From the NCBI GenBank assembly GCA_947383945.1, contig CANDFH010000005.1:86791-121703 (forward strand): a DNA stretch of 34,913 bases, read 5' to 3'. Below the pieces are notes generated by a model, which was not told the origin of the DNA, did not search any database, and was given only the letters and a program-made list of their open reading frames with translations. How positions within the stretch are numbered: the first letter of the stretch is position 1; each line of letters starts with the position of its first letter. Positions 1 through 11,077 of this stretch are shown piece after piece. The translations under genes and the position numbers were made by a program. The stretch is from an uncultured Lachnospiraceae bacterium (lineage in GTDB: Bacteria > Bacillota > Clostridia > Lachnospirales > Lachnospiraceae).

Positions 1-342
1 GTTTCCAAGAATCTTTACTCCGTCCTTTGGGTTGCTGATGATGCCGAGTTCCATCATAGACTCAACCGTTACATCAGCGCCGTCCTCGAACCTGTTCAGC
101 ATATCAACATTAACAGCGATGATTTCCTTTGTATTTCTGTTGTGGAAGCCTCTTTTTGGAAGTCTCCTGTACAAAGGCATCTGACCACCTTCAAAGCCTG
201 TTCTCGGAGCGCCGGAACGTGCCTTCTGGCCTTTGTGACCCTTACCGGCTGTCTTTCCGTTTCCTGAACCATGGCCGCGTCCTCTGCGGAACTTATCGCC
301 CTGCTTAGAACCTTTTGCTGGTCTTAATTCTGATAAATTCAT
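1..342 (-). CDS. rplO: 50S ribosomal protein L15 (3'-truncated by window edge; N-terminus present)
   Basis: Minus-strand translation from ATG at 340-342 reads [38 protein letters not shown]..., a typical L15 N-terminus. An AGGAGG RBS lies at 351-356. The gene sits after rpmD as in the canonical spc operon. Confidence 0.9.
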   Translation of the reverse strand, partial: MNLSELRPAKGSKQGDKFRRGRGHGSGNGKTAGKGHKGQKARSGAPRTGFEGGQMPLYRRLPKRGFHNRNTKEIIAVNVDMLNRFEDGADVTVESMMELGIISNPKDGVKILGN

Positions 343-365
343 CGTATACACCTCCTTACTTGGAA

Positions 366-548
366 CTAGATTTCTTCAACTTTCACCAAATGCTTAACCT
401 GCGCCACCATACCTCTTGTGGAAGCATTGTCCGGCATCTCGACCACGCTGTTAAGCTTTTTTAAGCCAAGTGCGGCGACGGTGCGCTTATGTTTTGGAAT
501 CGCACCAATCGTGGACTTTGTCAATGTTATTTTCAATTTCTCAGCCAT
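366..548 (-). CDS. rpmD: 50S ribosomal protein L30
   Basis: 60-aa [34 protein letters not shown]..., a typical L30. ATG start at 546-548. Position between rpsE and rplO fits the operon. Confidence 0.92.
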   Translation of the reverse strand: MAEKLKITLTKSTIGAIPKHKRTVAALGLKKLNSVVEMPDNASTRGMVAQVKHLVKVEEI

Positions 549-571
549 TTTTCTACCTCTCCTTTGCTAAA

Positions 572-1081
572 TCAGCCCAAAAGCTCATCCACAGAGATGC
601 CGCGGAGCACTGCCACTTCCTCTGGGGTCTTTAACTGGGCAAGGCCGTTGATGGTAGCGAGAACTACATTCTGCTTATTGTTCGAGCCGAGGGACTTTGT
701 ACGAATATTCTTAAAACCTGCAAGTTCAAGGACATTGCGGGCTGGACCACCAGCGATAATACCAGTACCGTCTGGACTTTTCTTCAGCATCACGCTCGCG
801 CTGCCAAACTTGCCGATAAAATCATGCGGAACACTGCCATTCTCATCAAGCGGCAGTTCAATCAGCTTCTTCATCGCGTCTTCCTTGCCCTTGCGGATTG
901 CTTCTGGAATCTCAGCAGCCTTGCCAAGTCCAGCGCCGACATGGCCATTCTTGTCACCGACAACAACCAGCGCTGTAAAACGGAAGTTACGGCCACCCTT
1001 TACAACCTTTGTTACGCGCTTGATGGCTACGACTTTATCTTCCAGTTCCAACTGGCTAGCATCAATGATTGTACGTTTCAT
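572..1081 (-). CDS. rpsE: 30S ribosomal protein S5
   Basis: Internal ATG at 1079-1081 (M47 of the 215-aa tracked ORF) gives a 169-aa protein [31 protein letters not shown]..., matching S5 length and sequence. A GGAGGA RBS lies about 8 nt upstream. The N-terminal extension in the ORF track was rejected. Confidence 0.9.
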   Translation of the reverse strand: MKRTIIDASQLELEDKVVAIKRVTKVVKGGRNFRFTALVVVGDKNGHVGAGLGKAAEIPEAIRKGKEDAMKKLIELPLDENGSVPHDFIGKFGSASVMLKKSPDGTGIIAGGPARNVLELAGFKNIRTKSLGSNNKQNVVLATINGLAQLKTPEEVAVLRGISVDELLG

Positions 1082-1097
1082 GTGTTTTCCTCCTTGC

Positions 1098-1466
1098 TTA
1101 GAAATTAAGCCCTGCTTCACGGGCTGCATCGGCCAATGCCTGAACCTTGCCCTGGTAGATAAAACCGCCCCTGTCAAATACGACCTGGGTAATGCCCTTC
1201 TCCAGCGCTTTCTTGGCAATTACCTGTCCCAAATGCGCTGCCGCTGCAACGTTGTTGGTTTTTTCAAGCTCAGCCTTTACGTCTTTGTCAAGGGTGGAAG
1301 CAGCTACTAAAGTGTTCCCTACCGTGTCATCGATCACCTGTGCATACATATGGTTGTTGCTTCTGAAAACGGCCAAACGTGGTCTCTCAGGAGTGCCGGC
1401 GAAACGATTGCGCATTCTGTTATGCTTTTTCACGCGAACTTCACTTCTCGATATCTTACTAACCAT
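1098..1466 (-). CDS. rplR: 50S ribosomal protein L18
   Basis: 122 aa with ...[20 protein letters not shown]..., a conserved L18 motif. ATG at 1464-1466. Confidence 0.93.
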   Translation of the reverse strand: MVSKISRSEVRVKKHNRMRNRFAGTPERPRLAVFRSNNHMYAQVIDDTVGNTLVAASTLDKDVKAELEKTNNVAAAAHLGQVIAKKALEKGITQVVFDRGGFIYQGKVQALADAAREAGLNF

Positions 1467-1494
1467 TTTTATACCTCTTTCCTACGATACACAA

Positions 1495-2037
1495 TTATTT
1501 CTTGCCAGTCTTACCAGCCTTGCGCCTAATCACTTCGTCAGCATACTTGATACCCTTGCCCTTATATGGCTCTGGTCTTCTCTTATTCCTGATCTCAGCA
1601 GCATACTGGCCAACCTTTTCTTTATCAATACCCCTGACAATAATCTTGGTCTGTGCATCCACCGTCGTCTCGACGCCTTCTGGGTCAACCATAATCACAG
1701 GGTGAGAATATCCTAATGTCAGTGTAAGCTCCTTGCCTGCTTTTGCGGCCCTATAGCCTGTACCATTGATTTCAAGAACTTTCTCATAACCGCTTACAAC
1801 ACCGGTCACCATATTTGCGATCAGGGTTCTTGTCAGACCGTGGAGAGATTTCATTCTCTTTAAGTCGTTTGGTCTGGAAACCAGCACTTCCACGCCTTCC
1901 ACCTTGATCGTCATCTCTGCAGGCAATACCCTTTCGAGTGTCCCTTTCGGACCTTTTACAGTCACTTTATTATTTTCTGCAACCTCGACTGTCACACCAG
2001 CCGGAATTGCGATTGGCATTTTTCCTATACGTGACAT
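1495..2037 (-). CDS. rplF: 50S ribosomal protein L6
   Basis: 180 aa, [19 protein letters not shown]..., classic L6. ATG at 2035-2037. Confidence 0.93.
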   Translation of the reverse strand: MSRIGKMPIAIPAGVTVEVAENNKVTVKGPKGTLERVLPAEMTIKVEGVEVLVSRPNDLKRMKSLHGLTRTLIANMVTGVVSGYEKVLEINGTGYRAAKAGKELTLTLGYSHPVIMVDPEGVETTVDAQTKIIVRGIDKEKVGQYAAEIRNKRRPEPYKGKGIKYADEVIRRKAGKTGKK

Positions 2038-2175
2038 GCCCGTACCTCCTTATTCAATGTTTGACAGCTCTTTCGCTGTCCCCCGTAGGAAAGAGTATCT
2101 AATGGGACAAGGCATCCCGAAAAGACTTCCTTTCCTTGCCCGGAAAATAAAATTTTTATCACAGCCGGCATCTCT

Positions 2176-2577
2176 TTACCAGATAAATGCCAGCACTTCT
2201 CCTCCCACATTCTCCTTCCGCGCTTCCTTGTCGGTGAGAACGCCCTTGTTTGTGGAAATAATTGCAGTACCAAGTCCTCCAAGAACTCTTGGAAGGTCTT
2301 CTTTGCTCGCGTAGACGCGCAGTCCCGGCTTTGAGATTCTCTTAAGACCAGTGATAATCCTTGTGTTTTTATCTTTGCCGTACTTCAAGGTAACATGGAT
2401 ATTTTTGAAATTTCCAACCTCCTCGACCTCGAAGCTCTTGATATATCCTTCTTTCAAGAGGATCTCCGCAATGGAAATCTTCATCTTGGATGCCGGGATA
2501 TCCACGGTATCATGTTTAGCAGTGTTTGCATTACGAATTCTTGTAAGCATATCTGCGATCGGATCGTTCATTGTCAT
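2176..2577 (-). CDS. rpsH: 30S ribosomal protein S8
   Basis: 133 aa, [18 protein letters not shown]..., classic S8 N-terminus. ATG at 2575-2577. Confidence 0.93.
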   Translation of the reverse strand: MTMNDPIADMLTRIRNANTAKHDTVDIPASKMKISIAEILLKEGYIKSFEVEEVGNFKNIHVTLKYGKDKNTRIITGLKRISKPGLRVYASKEDLPRVLGGLGTAIISTNKGVLTDKEARKENVGGEVLAFIW

Positions 2578-2600
2578 GGTATTTGCCTCCTTTCCTAATC

Positions 2601-2786
2601 TTACCAGCTTGCTTTCTTAACACCTGGTATTTCGCCCTTGTATGCCAGCTCACGGAAGCAGATTCTGCAGATTCCGTATTTTCTTAAATATGCATGTGGG
2701 CGTCCACAAATCCTGCAGCGGTTGTATTCTCTGGTCGAGAACTTCTGTGTGCGCTGCTGTTTAATCTTCATCGATGTTTTAGCCAT
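2601..2786 (-). CDS. rpsZ: 30S ribosomal protein S14 type Z (zinc-binding)
   Basis: 61 aa with a CxxC...CxxC zinc ribbon ([23 protein letters not shown]), the short S14 typical of Firmicutes. Confidence 0.92.
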   Translation of the reverse strand: MAKTSMKIKQQRTQKFSTREYNRCRICGRPHAYLRKYGICRICFRELAYKGEIPGVKKASW

Positions 2787-2801
2787 GGACTTTCCCTCCT
2801 G

Positions 2802-3341
2802 TTATTTGCTAAATGGCATTCCGAACAACGTCAGTAACTCGCGCGCTTCTTCATCTGTCTTCGCGGTTGTCACGAAGATAATATCCATGCCCCTAACCTT
2901 ATCTACTTTGTCGTACTCGATCTCCGGGAAAATCAGCTGCTCTTTAATGCCGAGTGCATAATTGCCTCTGCCGTCAAACGCATTTGGATTCACACCCCTA
3001 AAGTCGCGGACACGCGGTAAAGACAGATTGATCAGGCGGTCAGCAAACTCATACATCTTCTCACCGCGCAGAGTTACTTTACATCCGATCGCAAGTCCCT
3101 CCCTGATCTTAAAGTTCGCGATGGATTTCTTTGCCTTTGTGACCACTGGCTTCTGTCCTGCGATAATCTGCATATCGCGCACTGCGGACTCTAATGCCTT
3201 TGCATTTTCCTTCGCCTCGCCGACTCCCATATTGATTACAATTTTATCAAGCTTCGGGATCTGCATTACATTCTTATAACCGAATTTCTTCTGCATAGCC
3301 GGAGCGATTTCATTTTTATATGTTTCCTTTAAACGAGCCAA
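2802..3341 (-). CDS. rplE: 50S ribosomal protein L5 (TTG start)
   Basis: 179 aa (M)[19 protein letters not shown]... The start codon is TTG at 3339-3341, preceded by AGGAGG with an 8-nt spacer. Confidence 0.9.
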   Translation of the reverse strand: MARLKETYKNEIAPAMQKKFGYKNVMQIPKLDKIVINMGVGEAKENAKALESAVRDMQIIAGQKPVVTKAKKSIANFKIREGLAIGCKVTLRGEKMYEFADRLINLSLPRVRDFRGVNPNAFDGRGNYALGIKEQLIFPEIEYDKVDKVRGMDIIFVTTAKTDEEARELLTLFGMPFSK

Positions 3342-3364
3342 CTTGATAACCTCCTTTCCTGGAA

Positions 3365-3685
3365 TTAGTCGATAACCTCACCGGTTGATTTTGCAAAACG
3401 CACCTTCTTCGGCTTGCCGTCCTTGCCGTCAACAGTTTTAAAACCGATTCTGGTTGTCTTGCCCTTGTGAACATACATTACATTCGATGCGTCAATCGGT
3501 GCGTCCTTGTGAATAATACCACCCTGCGGATTCGCCTGAGATGCCTTCGCGTGCTTTACGACGGTGTTGACACCTTCCACTACGAGTCTGCCGTCAGAAA
3601 CGGAAACGACTTTCCCTTCCTTGCCTTTATCTTTGCCGGCGATAACCTTCACGGTATCGCCCCTTTTAATCTTTGCTGTTGCCAC
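3365..3685 (-). CDS. rplX: 50S ribosomal protein L24 (GTG start, shortened relative to ORF track)
   Basis: The ORF-track start at 3694 overlaps the AAGGAGG SD. The in-frame GTG at 3683-3685 lies 8 nt after the SD and gives a 106-aa protein (M)[25 protein letters not shown]..., matching L24. Confidence 0.85.
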   Translation of the reverse strand: MATAKIKRGDTVKVIAGKDKGKEGKVVSVSDGRLVVEGVNTVVKHAKASQANPQGGIIHKDAPIDASNVMYVHKGKTTRIGFKTVDGKDGKPKKVRFAKSTGEVID

Positions 3686-3698
3686 GTCCGACACCTCC

Positions 3699-4067
3699 TT
3701 AAAGTACTTCTGGTGCTAATGAAACGATCTTCATAAACTGCTTCTCTCTGAGCTCTCTTGCGACCGGCCCAAAGATACGGGTTCCTCTTGGGTTCTTGTC
3801 TTCCTTAATGATAACTGCCGCATTCTCGTCGAAGCGGATATAAGAACCGTCCTTGCGGCGTGCTCCCTTGACTGTACGTACAACAACAGCCTTCACAACA
3901 TCGCCCTTCTTTACAACACCGCCTGGTGTTGCATCTTTGACAGAGGCTACAATAATATCGCCAATATTTGCATACCTTCTGGTTGAACCGCCCATAACAC
4001 GAATGCAAAGCAATTCCTTCGCGCCGGTATTGTCAGCAACCTTCAATCTGGTTTCTGTTTGTACCAT
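3699..4067 (-). CDS. rplN: 50S ribosomal protein L14
   Basis: 122 aa, [24 protein letters not shown]..., ATG at 4065-4067. Confidence 0.94.
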   Translation of the reverse strand: MVQTETRLKVADNTGAKELLCIRVMGGSTRRYANIGDIIVASVKDATPGGVVKKGDVVKAVVVRTVKGARRKDGSYIRFDENAAVIIKEDKNPRGTRIFGPVARELREKQFMKIVSLAPEVL

Positions 4068-4127
4068 GTCGAATACTCCTTTCGAATTTCTAAGCTAGAA
4101 TCCCCCCGCAATAACTGCGGCAGGTAA

Positions 4128-4385
4128 TTATTTTGCCTTCTCAATGATCTCGACAAGCCTCCACCTTTTGTCCTTTGACAGCGGCCTTGTTTCCATAACC
4201 TTAACCCTGTCGCCGACCTGGCACTCATTGTTCTCGTCATGCGCCTTGAGCTTGTAGGTTCTCTTCACGATCTTGTTGTAAAGGGGGTGCTTCACGTTAT
4301 CTACGACAGCGACGACAATGGTCTTCTGCATCTTGTCGCTGACTACCTTGCCAACGCGGGTTTTACGAAGATTTCTTTCTTCCAC
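4128..4385 (-). CDS. rpsQ: 30S ribosomal protein S17 (GTG start)
   Basis: 85 aa (M)[24 protein letters not shown]... GTG at 4383-4385 follows AAGGAG with an 8-nt spacer. Confidence 0.9.
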   Translation of the reverse strand: MEERNLRKTRVGKVVSDKMQKTIVVAVVDNVKHPLYNKIVKRTYKLKAHDENNECQVGDRVKVMETRPLSKDKRWRLVEIIEKAK

Positions 4386-4421
4386 GGTAAATACTCCTTT
4401 CTACTGGAACGTCGCCGGGTT

Positions 4422-4622
4422 CTATTTGCCCTGTGCGGAAATAACGGTCTGGATTCTTGCGATATTCCTTCTTACTTCTTTAATTCTGCTTGTATTATCC
4501 AACTGGTTTGTCGCATTCTGGAATCTCAAGTTAAAAAGTTCCTTCTTCGCATTTACCAGTTCTTCGTTCAATTCAGCTGCTGACTTTTTTGTTAATTCTT
4601 CTACATACTTATTTGTTTTCAC
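4422..4622 (-). CDS. rpmC: 50S ribosomal protein L29 (start moved to second GTG)
   Basis: The ORF-track start abuts the AGGAGG SD. A GTG 8 nt downstream (4620-4622) gives a 66-aa protein (M)[34 protein letters not shown]..., with the L29 consensus. It overlaps the 3' end of rplP. Confidence 0.85.
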   Translation of the reverse strand: MKTNKYVEELTKKSAAELNEELVNAKKELFNLRFQNATNQLDNTSRIKEVRRNIARIQTVISAQGK

Positions 4623-5049
4623 TGCCAGCACCTCCTTCTAAATCTTGGCGGGAAACGATCTTGCACTTTACTGGTAACTTGTGAGATGCAAGACGCAATG
4701 CCTCTTTTGCGATTTCTTCCGTCACGCCCGCGATCTCGAACATCACGCGGCCCGGCTTTACAACAGCCACCCAATATTCCAGAGAGCCTTTTCCAGAACC
4801 CATTCTGGTTTCTGCCGGCTTTGTTGTCACCGGCTTATCTGGGAAAATCTTAATCCAAACCTGGCCACCACGCTTGATATAACGTGTCATTGCAATACGA
4901 GCTGCCTCGATCTGATTTGACTTGATCCACGCTGGTTCCACTGCAATAATACCATACTCGCCGTTTGTGATCGTATTGCCTCTCATAGCTTTTCCTGCCA
5001 TACTGCCACGGAATTGCTTACGGCGCTTTACTCTTTTTGGCATTAACAT
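4609..5049 (-). CDS. rplP: 50S ribosomal protein L16
   Basis: 146 aa, [15 protein letters not shown]..., ATG at 5047-5049 overlapping the rpsC stop. Confidence 0.93.
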   Translation of the reverse strand: MLMPKRVKRRKQFRGSMAGKAMRGNTITNGEYGIIAVEPAWIKSNQIEAARIAMTRYIKRGGQVWIKIFPDKPVTTKPAETRMGSGKGSLEYWVAVVKPGRVMFEIAGVTEEIAKEALRLASHKLPVKCKIVSRQDLEGGAGSENK

Positions 5050-5747
5050 TATTTATCACTCCCTTCCTTTTTTGCTGCCTTTGTTGGAAGTACTTCACCG
5101 TGGTAAATCCAAACTTTAACGCCGATCTTACCATAGGTAGTGTCTGCCTCTGCAAATCCGTAATCGATATCTGCACGGAGAGTCTGAAGCGGAATCGTTC
5201 CCTCGTTGTAGAACTCAGTACGCGCCATATCCGCGCCGCCAAGACGACCGGAGCAGGATACTTTAATACCCTTTGCGCCGCTCTTCATTGTCCTGGACAT
5301 TGTAGATTTCATCGCACGGCGGAAGGAAACACGGTTCTCAAGCTGAGTCGCAATGTTCTCCGCAACAAGCTGTGCGTTTGCGTCCGGCTTTTTCACCTCT
5401 TTGATTTCAATATTAAGCTTCTTTTTTGTAAAGCGGGCAAGCTCACCCTTTAAAACTTCAATCTCAGCGCCGGCCTTGCCGATCACTACGCCTGGCTTCG
5501 CCGTATAAATAATGATCTTCATTTTGTCAGAAGCGCGCTCGATATCAATCTTTGAGATACTTGGGTCAATCTTGGCAGAACCGGATTTCGCGGTACCTGC
5601 AGCACTGTATGACCTCTCCTTCAGGAACTTCCTGATGTTGTAATCTTCTACCAAATTGTCTGCGAAATCAGCTTCTGCGTACCATCTGGAATTCCAGTCG
5701 CTGATTACGCCGACCCTCAAGCCATGAGGATTAACTTTTTGTCCCAT
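5049..5747 (-). CDS. rpsC: 30S ribosomal protein S3
   Basis: 232 aa, [15 protein letters not shown]..., classic S3 with KH domain. ATG at 5745-5747. Confidence 0.94.
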   Translation of the reverse strand: MGQKVNPHGLRVGVISDWNSRWYAEADFADNLVEDYNIRKFLKERSYSAAGTAKSGSAKIDPSISKIDIERASDKMKIIIYTAKPGVVIGKAGAEIEVLKGELARFTKKKLNIEIKEVKKPDANAQLVAENIATQLENRVSFRRAMKSTMSRTMKSGAKGIKVSCSGRLGGADMARTEFYNEGTIPLQTLRADIDYGFAEADTTYGKIGVKVWIYHGEVLPTKAAKKEGSDK

Positions 5748-5758
5748 GATTGCCCTCC

Positions 5759-6145
5759 TTATCTCTCATTCAGCACAATAGTGATATGGCTCATTCTCTT
5801 TAAAATCCGGTATGCTCTGCCCTGTGCTCTTGGATGAATTCTCTTCATCGTCGGCGCGCAGTTCGCATAGCACTCTGCAATATAAAGCTTCGAAGCGTCC
5901 ATACCATTATTATTCTCTGCGTTCGCAATTGCTGACTTCAGTAATTTCTCTATCAAAGTTGAAGCATATCTTGGATTATAAGCTAAAATGCCAAGTGCTG
6001 TCTGTACATCCTTGCCTCTGATCGCGTCGAGTACAAAGCACGCTTTCTGTACAGATACTCTCGCGTAAGATAACTTTGCCGATGGTCTTGTATCCTTGTT
6101 TGCGTTCCTCTCTCTCTTGATCTGGGACCTATGTCCTTTCGCCAT
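5759..6145 (-). CDS. rplV: 50S ribosomal protein L22
   Basis: 128 aa, [31 protein letters not shown]... ATG at 6143-6145. Confidence 0.92.
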   Translation of the reverse strand: MAKGHRSQIKRERNANKDTRPSAKLSYARVSVQKACFVLDAIRGKDVQTALGILAYNPRYASTLIEKLLKSAIANAENNNGMDASKLYIAECYANCAPTMKRIHPRAQGRAYRILKRMSHITIVLNER

Positions 6146-6284
6146 GGATGATACCTCCTTTCAAAATCTAACGGCTCTCCGTTTGTTTGCTTCCAGCAGG
6201 CTCATTGCCCGCTTATTCTGTATCAGTACCGCAATCTGGCGGACGGTATTCCCGCCTCAAACGCCAGACTGTGCGTTATTTCAA

Positions 6285-6563
6285 TTATTTCTTGCCCTTC
6301 TTCTCGTCCTTGCCGTGTCCGCGGAACGTCCTTGTCGCTACGAACTCGCCGAGCTTGTGACCAACCATATCCTCTGTAATATAAACCGGAACATGCTTTC
6401 TTCCGTCATGAACGGCGATAGTCAGGCCAACCATCTGTGGGAAAATGGTAGAACGGCGGGACCAGGTTTTAATAACCTGCTTATCGCCGGTTTTATTTAC
6501 AGCCTCGACCTTCTTGAGCAAATGCTCATCAGCAAAAGGTCCCTTTTTTAATGAACGTGCCAT
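6285..6563 (-). CDS. rpsS: 30S ribosomal protein S19
   Basis: 92 aa, [20 protein letters not shown]..., classic S19. Confidence 0.94.
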   Translation of the reverse strand: MARSLKKGPFADEHLLKKVEAVNKTGDKQVIKTWSRRSTIFPQMVGLTIAVHDGRKHVPVYITEDMVGHKLGEFVATRTFRGHGKDEKKGKK

Positions 6564-6583
6564 ATCGGTTTAACCTCCTTCAA

Positions 6584-7429
6584 CTATTTCGTTAACGCCT
6601 TGCCGTCTCTTCTCCGCACAATCAGCTTATTGGACTGCTTGTTCTTCTTGCGGGTCTTAAGACCGAGTGCCGGCTTGCCCCAAGGGGTTACAGGGCCTGG
6701 GCGGCCAATTCCCGTCTTACCTTCACCACCGCCGTGAGGGTGATCGTTCGGGTTCATAACAGAACCGCGGACTGTAGGTCGGATACCCATATGACGCTTG
6801 CGCCCTGCCTTACCGATATTGATCAACTCATGGTCAATGTTTCCAACCTGACCAATTGTTGCACGGCAGCTGATCGGAACCATTCTCATCTCGCCGGATG
6901 GCAGACGCAGAGTTGCATACTTGCCTTCCTTTGCCATTAACTGTGCAGAATTTCCTGCGGAGCGAACCATCTGACCGCCCTTGCCCGGATATAACTCAAT
7001 ATTGTGAATCTCGGAACCAACTGGGATGTTCTGAAGCGGCAGGCAGTTGCCAAGCTTTACTTCGGCACTCTCTCCGTTCATAACCGAATCCCCGACATTC
7101 AAGCCGTTTGGCGCGAGGATATATGACTTCTCGCCGTCTGCATAACAGATCAGCGCAATATTTGCCGTTCTGTTTGGGTCGTACTCAATCGTAAGAACTT
7201 TCGCTGGAATTCCGTCTTTCCTTCTCTTAAAATCCACCAGACGGTATCTTCTTCTGCTGCCGCCGCCCTGATGTCTGACGGTAATTTTACCCTGGTTGTT
7301 GCGACCTGCATGTTTCTTCAGGGAAACAGTCAGGGACTTTTCTGGTTTCTTTGCTGTAATCTCAGAAAAATCAGATCCTGTCATGTTTCTTCTGGAAGGT
7401 GTATATGGGTTATAAGTTTTAATTCCCAT
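6584..7429 (-). CDS. rplB: 50S ribosomal protein L2
   Basis: Internal ATG at 7427-7429 gives a 281-aa protein [33 protein letters not shown]..., matching L2. An AGGAGT RBS lies upstream. The 12-aa extension in the ORF track was rejected. Confidence 0.9.
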   Translation of the reverse strand: MGIKTYNPYTPSRRNMTGSDFSEITAKKPEKSLTVSLKKHAGRNNQGKITVRHQGGGSRRRYRLVDFKRRKDGIPAKVLTIEYDPNRTANIALICYADGEKSYILAPNGLNVGDSVMNGESAEVKLGNCLPLQNIPVGSEIHNIELYPGKGGQMVRSAGNSAQLMAKEGKYATLRLPSGEMRMVPISCRATIGQVGNIDHELINIGKAGRKRHMGIRPTVRGSVMNPNDHPHGGGEGKTGIGRPGPVTPWGKPALGLKTRKKNKQSNKLIVRRRDGKALTK

Positions 7430-7519
7430 GATTGTTACTCCTTTCAATCGTAACTTGTCACGCAATAATGAGGTGCGGCCTGAAAGGAAGCCAAGCCGAT
7501 ACCTTTATCTGCGAAATTT

Positions 7520-7819
7520 TTACAGACCGGAGAAAATCTCGATCTCCGCACTGTCCTCGGTCAGCTGAACAATCGCTTTTTTCATTTTCGCGGTCTTGCC
7601 GTAAGTTGCGCCGCGCCTGCGAGTCTTGCCGTCCAGGTTCATTGTGTTTACCTTTGCAACCTTTGTGCCGGCAAACATCTTCTCAACCGCTTCCTTCACC
7701 TGATTCTTTGTCGCATCCGGGTGAACGGAAAACGCATATTTCTTCTCGCTCATGGAATTCATCGTCTTCTCTGTTACAATTGGGCGAAGAATCACATCAT
7801 AATATTTCAAATCAGCCAT
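7520..7819 (-). CDS. rplW: 50S ribosomal protein L23
   Basis: 99 aa; the start overlaps the rplD stop. Confidence 0.9.
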   Translation of the reverse strand: MADLKYYDVILRPIVTEKTMNSMSEKKYAFSVHPDATKNQVKEAVEKMFAGTKVAKVNTMNLDGKTRRRGATYGKTAKMKKAIVQLTEDSAEIEIFSGL

Positions 7820-8439
7820 TACGCATACACCTCCTCAATCTTCGCAACAGCATCCTTCGTGATTACAAGATTGCTGTACTTTAAGATGTCATAGACATTG
7901 ATCGTATTGCTGAGAGCAGTTCTAACCGATGGAATGTTCCTTGCAGAAAGGATTACCTTGTCATCCTTCTCGCCAAGAACGATAAGCGCCTTGTCCACAT
8001 TTAATTTGTCCAGGACTGCTACCATCTTCTTTGTCTTGATTTCATCCAAGGACAGAGAATCAAGAACATAGAACTTCTGCTCCGCAACGCGGGAGGTCAG
8101 TGCAGACTTCAATGCCGCTGCCTTTTCCTTCTTATTCATCTTGAAGGAATAGTCCCTTGGCTTCGGGGCGAATACAACGCCGCCGCCCTTCCACTGCGGT
8201 GCTCTTGTGGAACCTTGTCTTGCATGGCCTGTACCCTTCTGCTTCCACGGCTTTCTGCCGCCGCCTCTTACTTCCGCGCGGGTCTTCGCACTCTGCGTAC
8301 CCTGACGCTTGTTTGCAAGATGCAGAACAACTGCCATATGCATTAAATGCTCATTTACTTCTACGCCAAAGATTGCATCGTTCAGCTCAAGAGAGCCTAC
8401 TTCGCTGCCTTCCATATTATAAACCTTTACGCTTGCCAT
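7819..8439 (-). CDS. rplD: 50S ribosomal protein L4
   Basis: 206 aa, MASVKVYNMEGSEVGSLELNDAIFGVEVNEHLMH..., typical L4. Confidence 0.92.
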   Translation of the reverse strand: MASVKVYNMEGSEVGSLELNDAIFGVEVNEHLMHMAVVLHLANKRQGTQSAKTRAEVRGGGRKPWKQKGTGHARQGSTRAPQWKGGGVVFAPKPRDYSFKMNKKEKAAALKSALTSRVAEQKFYVLDSLSLDEIKTKKMVAVLDKLNVDKALIVLGEKDDKVILSARNIPSVRTALSNTINVYDILKYSNLVITKDAVAKIEEVYA

Positions 8440-8467
8440 TCTAGTATTCCTCCTTTCCTCAGGCTTT

Positions 8468-9103
8468 CTAGTTTGTGCTCTTTACGGTTTCCTTCAGCAT
8501 TACAAGTGCCTTTTTCGGTCCTGGCACTGCGCCTTTTACAAGGATAATATTGTTGTCCACATCAATGCGAACAACTTCAAGGTTCTGTATGGTTGCCTTT
8601 ACATGTCCCATGTGTCCCGGCATGTGCTTGCCTTTAAACACACGTCCCGGAGTTGTGGCTGGACCGTTCGAACCAGCGTGTCTGTGATACTTGGAACCAT
8701 GACCCATAGGTCCTCTGGAAAGTCCATGACGCTTGATCGCACCCTGGAATCCCTTTCCTTTTGTAGTTCCGGTCGCGTCAATTTTATCGCCAGCCGAAAA
8801 AATATCAACCTTAATTTCCTGACCTACCGTGTAATCTGCAGCGTTCTCAAACTTGAACTCCCTGAGAAACCTCTTGTTTGCAACACCCGCTTTTTTGAAA
8901 TGACCTGCTCTCGGTTTGTTTACAAGAACATCTCTGATGTCGCCAAATCCGACCTGAACTGCATTGTAGCCGTCAGTCTCAACTGTTTTTACTTGTGTTA
9001 CTGCACAAGGACCAGCCTGCAATACGGTCACCGGAGTAAGCACTCCGTCCTCACCGAAGATCTGCGTCATGCCAACCTTCGTAGCTAAAATAGCCTTTTT
9101 CAT
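8468..9103 (-). CDS. rplC: 50S ribosomal protein L3
   Basis: 211 aa, [20 protein letters not shown]..., typical L3. Confidence 0.93.
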   Translation of the reverse strand: MKKAILATKVGMTQIFGEDGVLTPVTVLQAGPCAVTQVKTVETDGYNAVQVGFGDIRDVLVNKPRAGHFKKAGVANKRFLREFKFENAADYTVGQEIKVDIFSAGDKIDATGTTKGKGFQGAIKRHGLSRGPMGHGSKYHRHAGSNGPATTPGRVFKGKHMPGHMGHVKATIQNLEVVRIDVDNNIILVKGAVPGPKKALVMLKETVKSTN

Positions 9104-9326
9104 AATAACTGCACCTCCTGTTAATCTACAGCGGATCGGATTAAAATTCCTTTCCGATCATCCTAGACGGTCTAATACGGAGCTTGTATATAAACCATAA
9201 GGATTTCTTACTTTGTTATATAACCTTTTCAGGCAATTCGTTTTCCTGCTCAAAGCACTGTTTTATCAGCTGGATTTTCAGCAGACCAACCTAGTCTTTG
9301 TCGGAAAAACGGATTTCGCTATATTT

Positions 9327-9644
9327 TTATTTCGCCTTCATCTTGATATCGATGTACACGCCTGCCGGCATCTCAAGTCTTGCCAGAGCGTCAACGGTCT
9401 TCTGTGTCGGAGCAATAATATCAATAAGTCTTTTATGTGTTCTCTGCTCAAACTGCTCTCTCGAATCCTTATATTTGTGTACCGCGCGGAGAATTGTGAT
9501 AACTTCCTTCTTTGTCGGCAGCGGCACTGGTCCGCTCACCTTTGACCCCGTTTTCTTTACCGTCTCAATAATCTTTGCAGCAGATGAATCGATCAACTGA
9601 TGATCATAAGCTTTCAGCGTAATCCTCATTACTTGACTTGCCAT
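9327..9644 (-). CDS. rpsJ: 30S ribosomal protein S10
   Basis: Internal ATG at 9642-9644 (M79 of the 183-aa tracked ORF) gives 105 aa [33 protein letters not shown]..., matching S10. A GGAGGCGAC RBS lies 7 nt upstream. Confidence 0.92.
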   Translation of the reverse strand: MASQVMRITLKAYDHQLIDSSAAKIIETVKKTGSKVSGPVPLPTKKEVITILRAVHKYKDSREQFEQRTHKRLIDIIAPTQKTVDALARLEMPAGVYIDIKMKAK

Positions 9645-9944
9645 AAAAAAAGTCGCCTCCTTTTCGCACTTCATTGCAGTACGACAAGCGGTGACTGTAC
9701 ACTCACCCGTGTGTTTCGCACTTATCGAATCGAAGTGATTCCTTGGATGCTGTCTAAATTTCAGCAGACAGCACTTGGCTTCATCCCGAAAAAGCCGAGT
9801 CCACGGTTCTCTGCATAGCAGAATATTTATCTGTACAGTGACTTGTCGCCAGTTTTGATAACTTGACATTCGCTCCACGGAAAACCTGCCCTAAACAGGA
9901 CAGCAACCTCTCGCTTCTACGCTATCAACGTCACAACAGTTGGT

Positions 9945-9973
9945 ATTATACCTTAGAAATTCCCCGATTGCAA
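9945..9973 (-). promoter_or_regulatory. SigA-type promoter of the S10 operon (-35 TTGCAA, 17-nt spacer, -10 TATAAT)
   Basis: Minus-strand read: TTGCAA(9968-9973)-17nt-TATAAT(9945-9950). An AT-rich, UP-element-like tract and the palindrome AATTTCATGAAATT (10012-10025) lie upstream. The transcription start should fall near 9937, giving a leader of about 295 nt. Confidence 0.6.
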
Positions 9974-10167
9974 GCATTTTCTCAAGGATTTCTTTCGATT
10001 GACAAAACAAAATTTCATGAAATTCCCACTGCTTTTTTGTGCAAATTCTCCAATTCTTACCGATATCACTCTACAACAGAACTTTCTTTTACTATCTTCC
10101 ATAAATTAAACAACAAACCACAGACTTTGGAACCTGACACAAATCTCGCAATGAAACATTCTTATTT

Positions 10168-11049
10168 TCAATTTTTATCCCTCTGCCATCTTCCAGATGC
10201 TCCGCACGGCAGCACAAGCCCGCTCTCTGTCACTGGCAGCCCGATCTCCTCCGATATTGTCTTTCCTTCAAATGATCTTAACTCCAGACCAAGCAGATAG
10301 GACAGCACTGCTGGCTGCAAACCTGTAGTATAGGAATTTATAAGAAAAAACAGCGGCTGTTCTGTCAGTACGGATGTACATAGTCTAATAAATCCATGAA
10401 TACTATCCTCGATCTTCCAGATCTCGCCTTTTGGTCCTCTGCCGTAGGACGGCGGATCCATAATCACAGCGTCATAATGGTTTCCCCGACGGATTTCACG
10501 CTCCACAAATTTTTGACAGTCATCGACAATATAGCGGATCGGCGCGTTCGAAAGCCCCGATAAAGCAGCGTTTTCCTTCGCCCAGGAAACCATCCCTCTC
10601 GATGCGTCCACATGTGTTACCGCTGCGCCTGCTGCCGCAGCAGCCACAGTTGCGCCGCCTGTGTAAGCAAATAGATTTAATACTTTAATCTCTTTATCAG
10701 GATGATTTTCTTTTTCCTTTCGAATCAGCCCGCCAAACCAATCCCAATTTACCGCCTGCTCTGGAAACAGCCCTGTATGTTTAAATGAGAACGGCTGTAG
10801 CTGAAATATCAGACTGCGGTAGCTCACCTGCCACTGCTTTGGCAAATCAAAAAATTCCCACTCTCCTCCACCTTTGCTGCTGCGGCGGTAATGGGCATTT
10901 CGTTTTTTCCACCCGCCATGTTTTTTTTCTGTATTCCAAATCACCTGTGGGTCTGGGCGTACAAGCAGATACTTTCCCCACCGCTCTAATTTTTCGCCGT
11001 CCGAGGTATCAAGCACCTCGTAATCCTCCCATTGATCTGCAATCCACAT
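10168..11049 (-). CDS. class I SAM-dependent methyltransferase, RlmI/COG1092-like (probable rRNA methyltransferase)
   Basis: 293 aa. Motif I FAYTGGATVAAAAAGA and motif IV VIMDPPSYGRG (DPP-aromatic) fit the Rossmann methyltransferase fold. The RBS is weak. The gene lies 28 bp downstream of lacI on the same strand. Confidence 0.6.
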   Translation of the reverse strand: MWIADQWEDYEVLDTSDGEKLERWGKYLLVRPDPQVIWNTEKKHGGWKKRNAHYRRSSKGGGEWEFFDLPKQWQVSYRSLIFQLQPFSFKHTGLFPEQAVNWDWFGGLIRKEKENHPDKEIKVLNLFAYTGGATVAAAAAGAAVTHVDASRGMVSWAKENAALSGLSNAPIRYIVDDCQKFVEREIRRGNHYDAVIMDPPSYGRGPKGEIWKIEDSIHGFIRLCTSVLTEQPLFFLINSYTTGLQPAVLSYLLGLELRSFEGKTISEEIGLPVTESGLVLPCGASGRWQRDKN

Positions 11050-11077
11050 AAAAATTTATCCCTTCTCTAAAGATTAA

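Noticed and set aside
489-1716. Long plus-strand ORFs (489..1310, 824..1108, 1192..1716) antisense to rpsE/rplR/rplF
   Set aside because: They lie entirely within well-supported ribosomal-protein genes on the opposite strand. Their products are low-complexity (S/P/L-rich) with no RBS. They are typical shadow ORFs.
572-9878. N-terminal extensions in the ORF track for rpsE (215 aa), rplB (293 aa), rpsJ (183 aa), rplX, rpmC
   Set aside because: Internal start codons with proper Shine-Dalgarno spacing give proteins of canonical length and N-terminal sequence. The upstream extensions overlap the SD or the neighbouring genes.
10012-10025. Perfect palindrome AATTTCATGAAATT upstream of the S10 promoter, as a terminator for the methyltransferase gene
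   Set aside because: It is pure A/T, too short, and has no loop, so it makes a poor hairpin. It is more likely part of an UP-element or AT tract, or a protein site. It is mentioned only in the promoter evidence.
9863-10300. 145-aa plus-strand ORF in the S10 leader / methyltransferase 3' region
   Set aside because: No RBS, and the residue composition looks odd. It overlaps the promoter and leader of rpsJ and the end of the methyltransferase gene. It is most likely non-coding.
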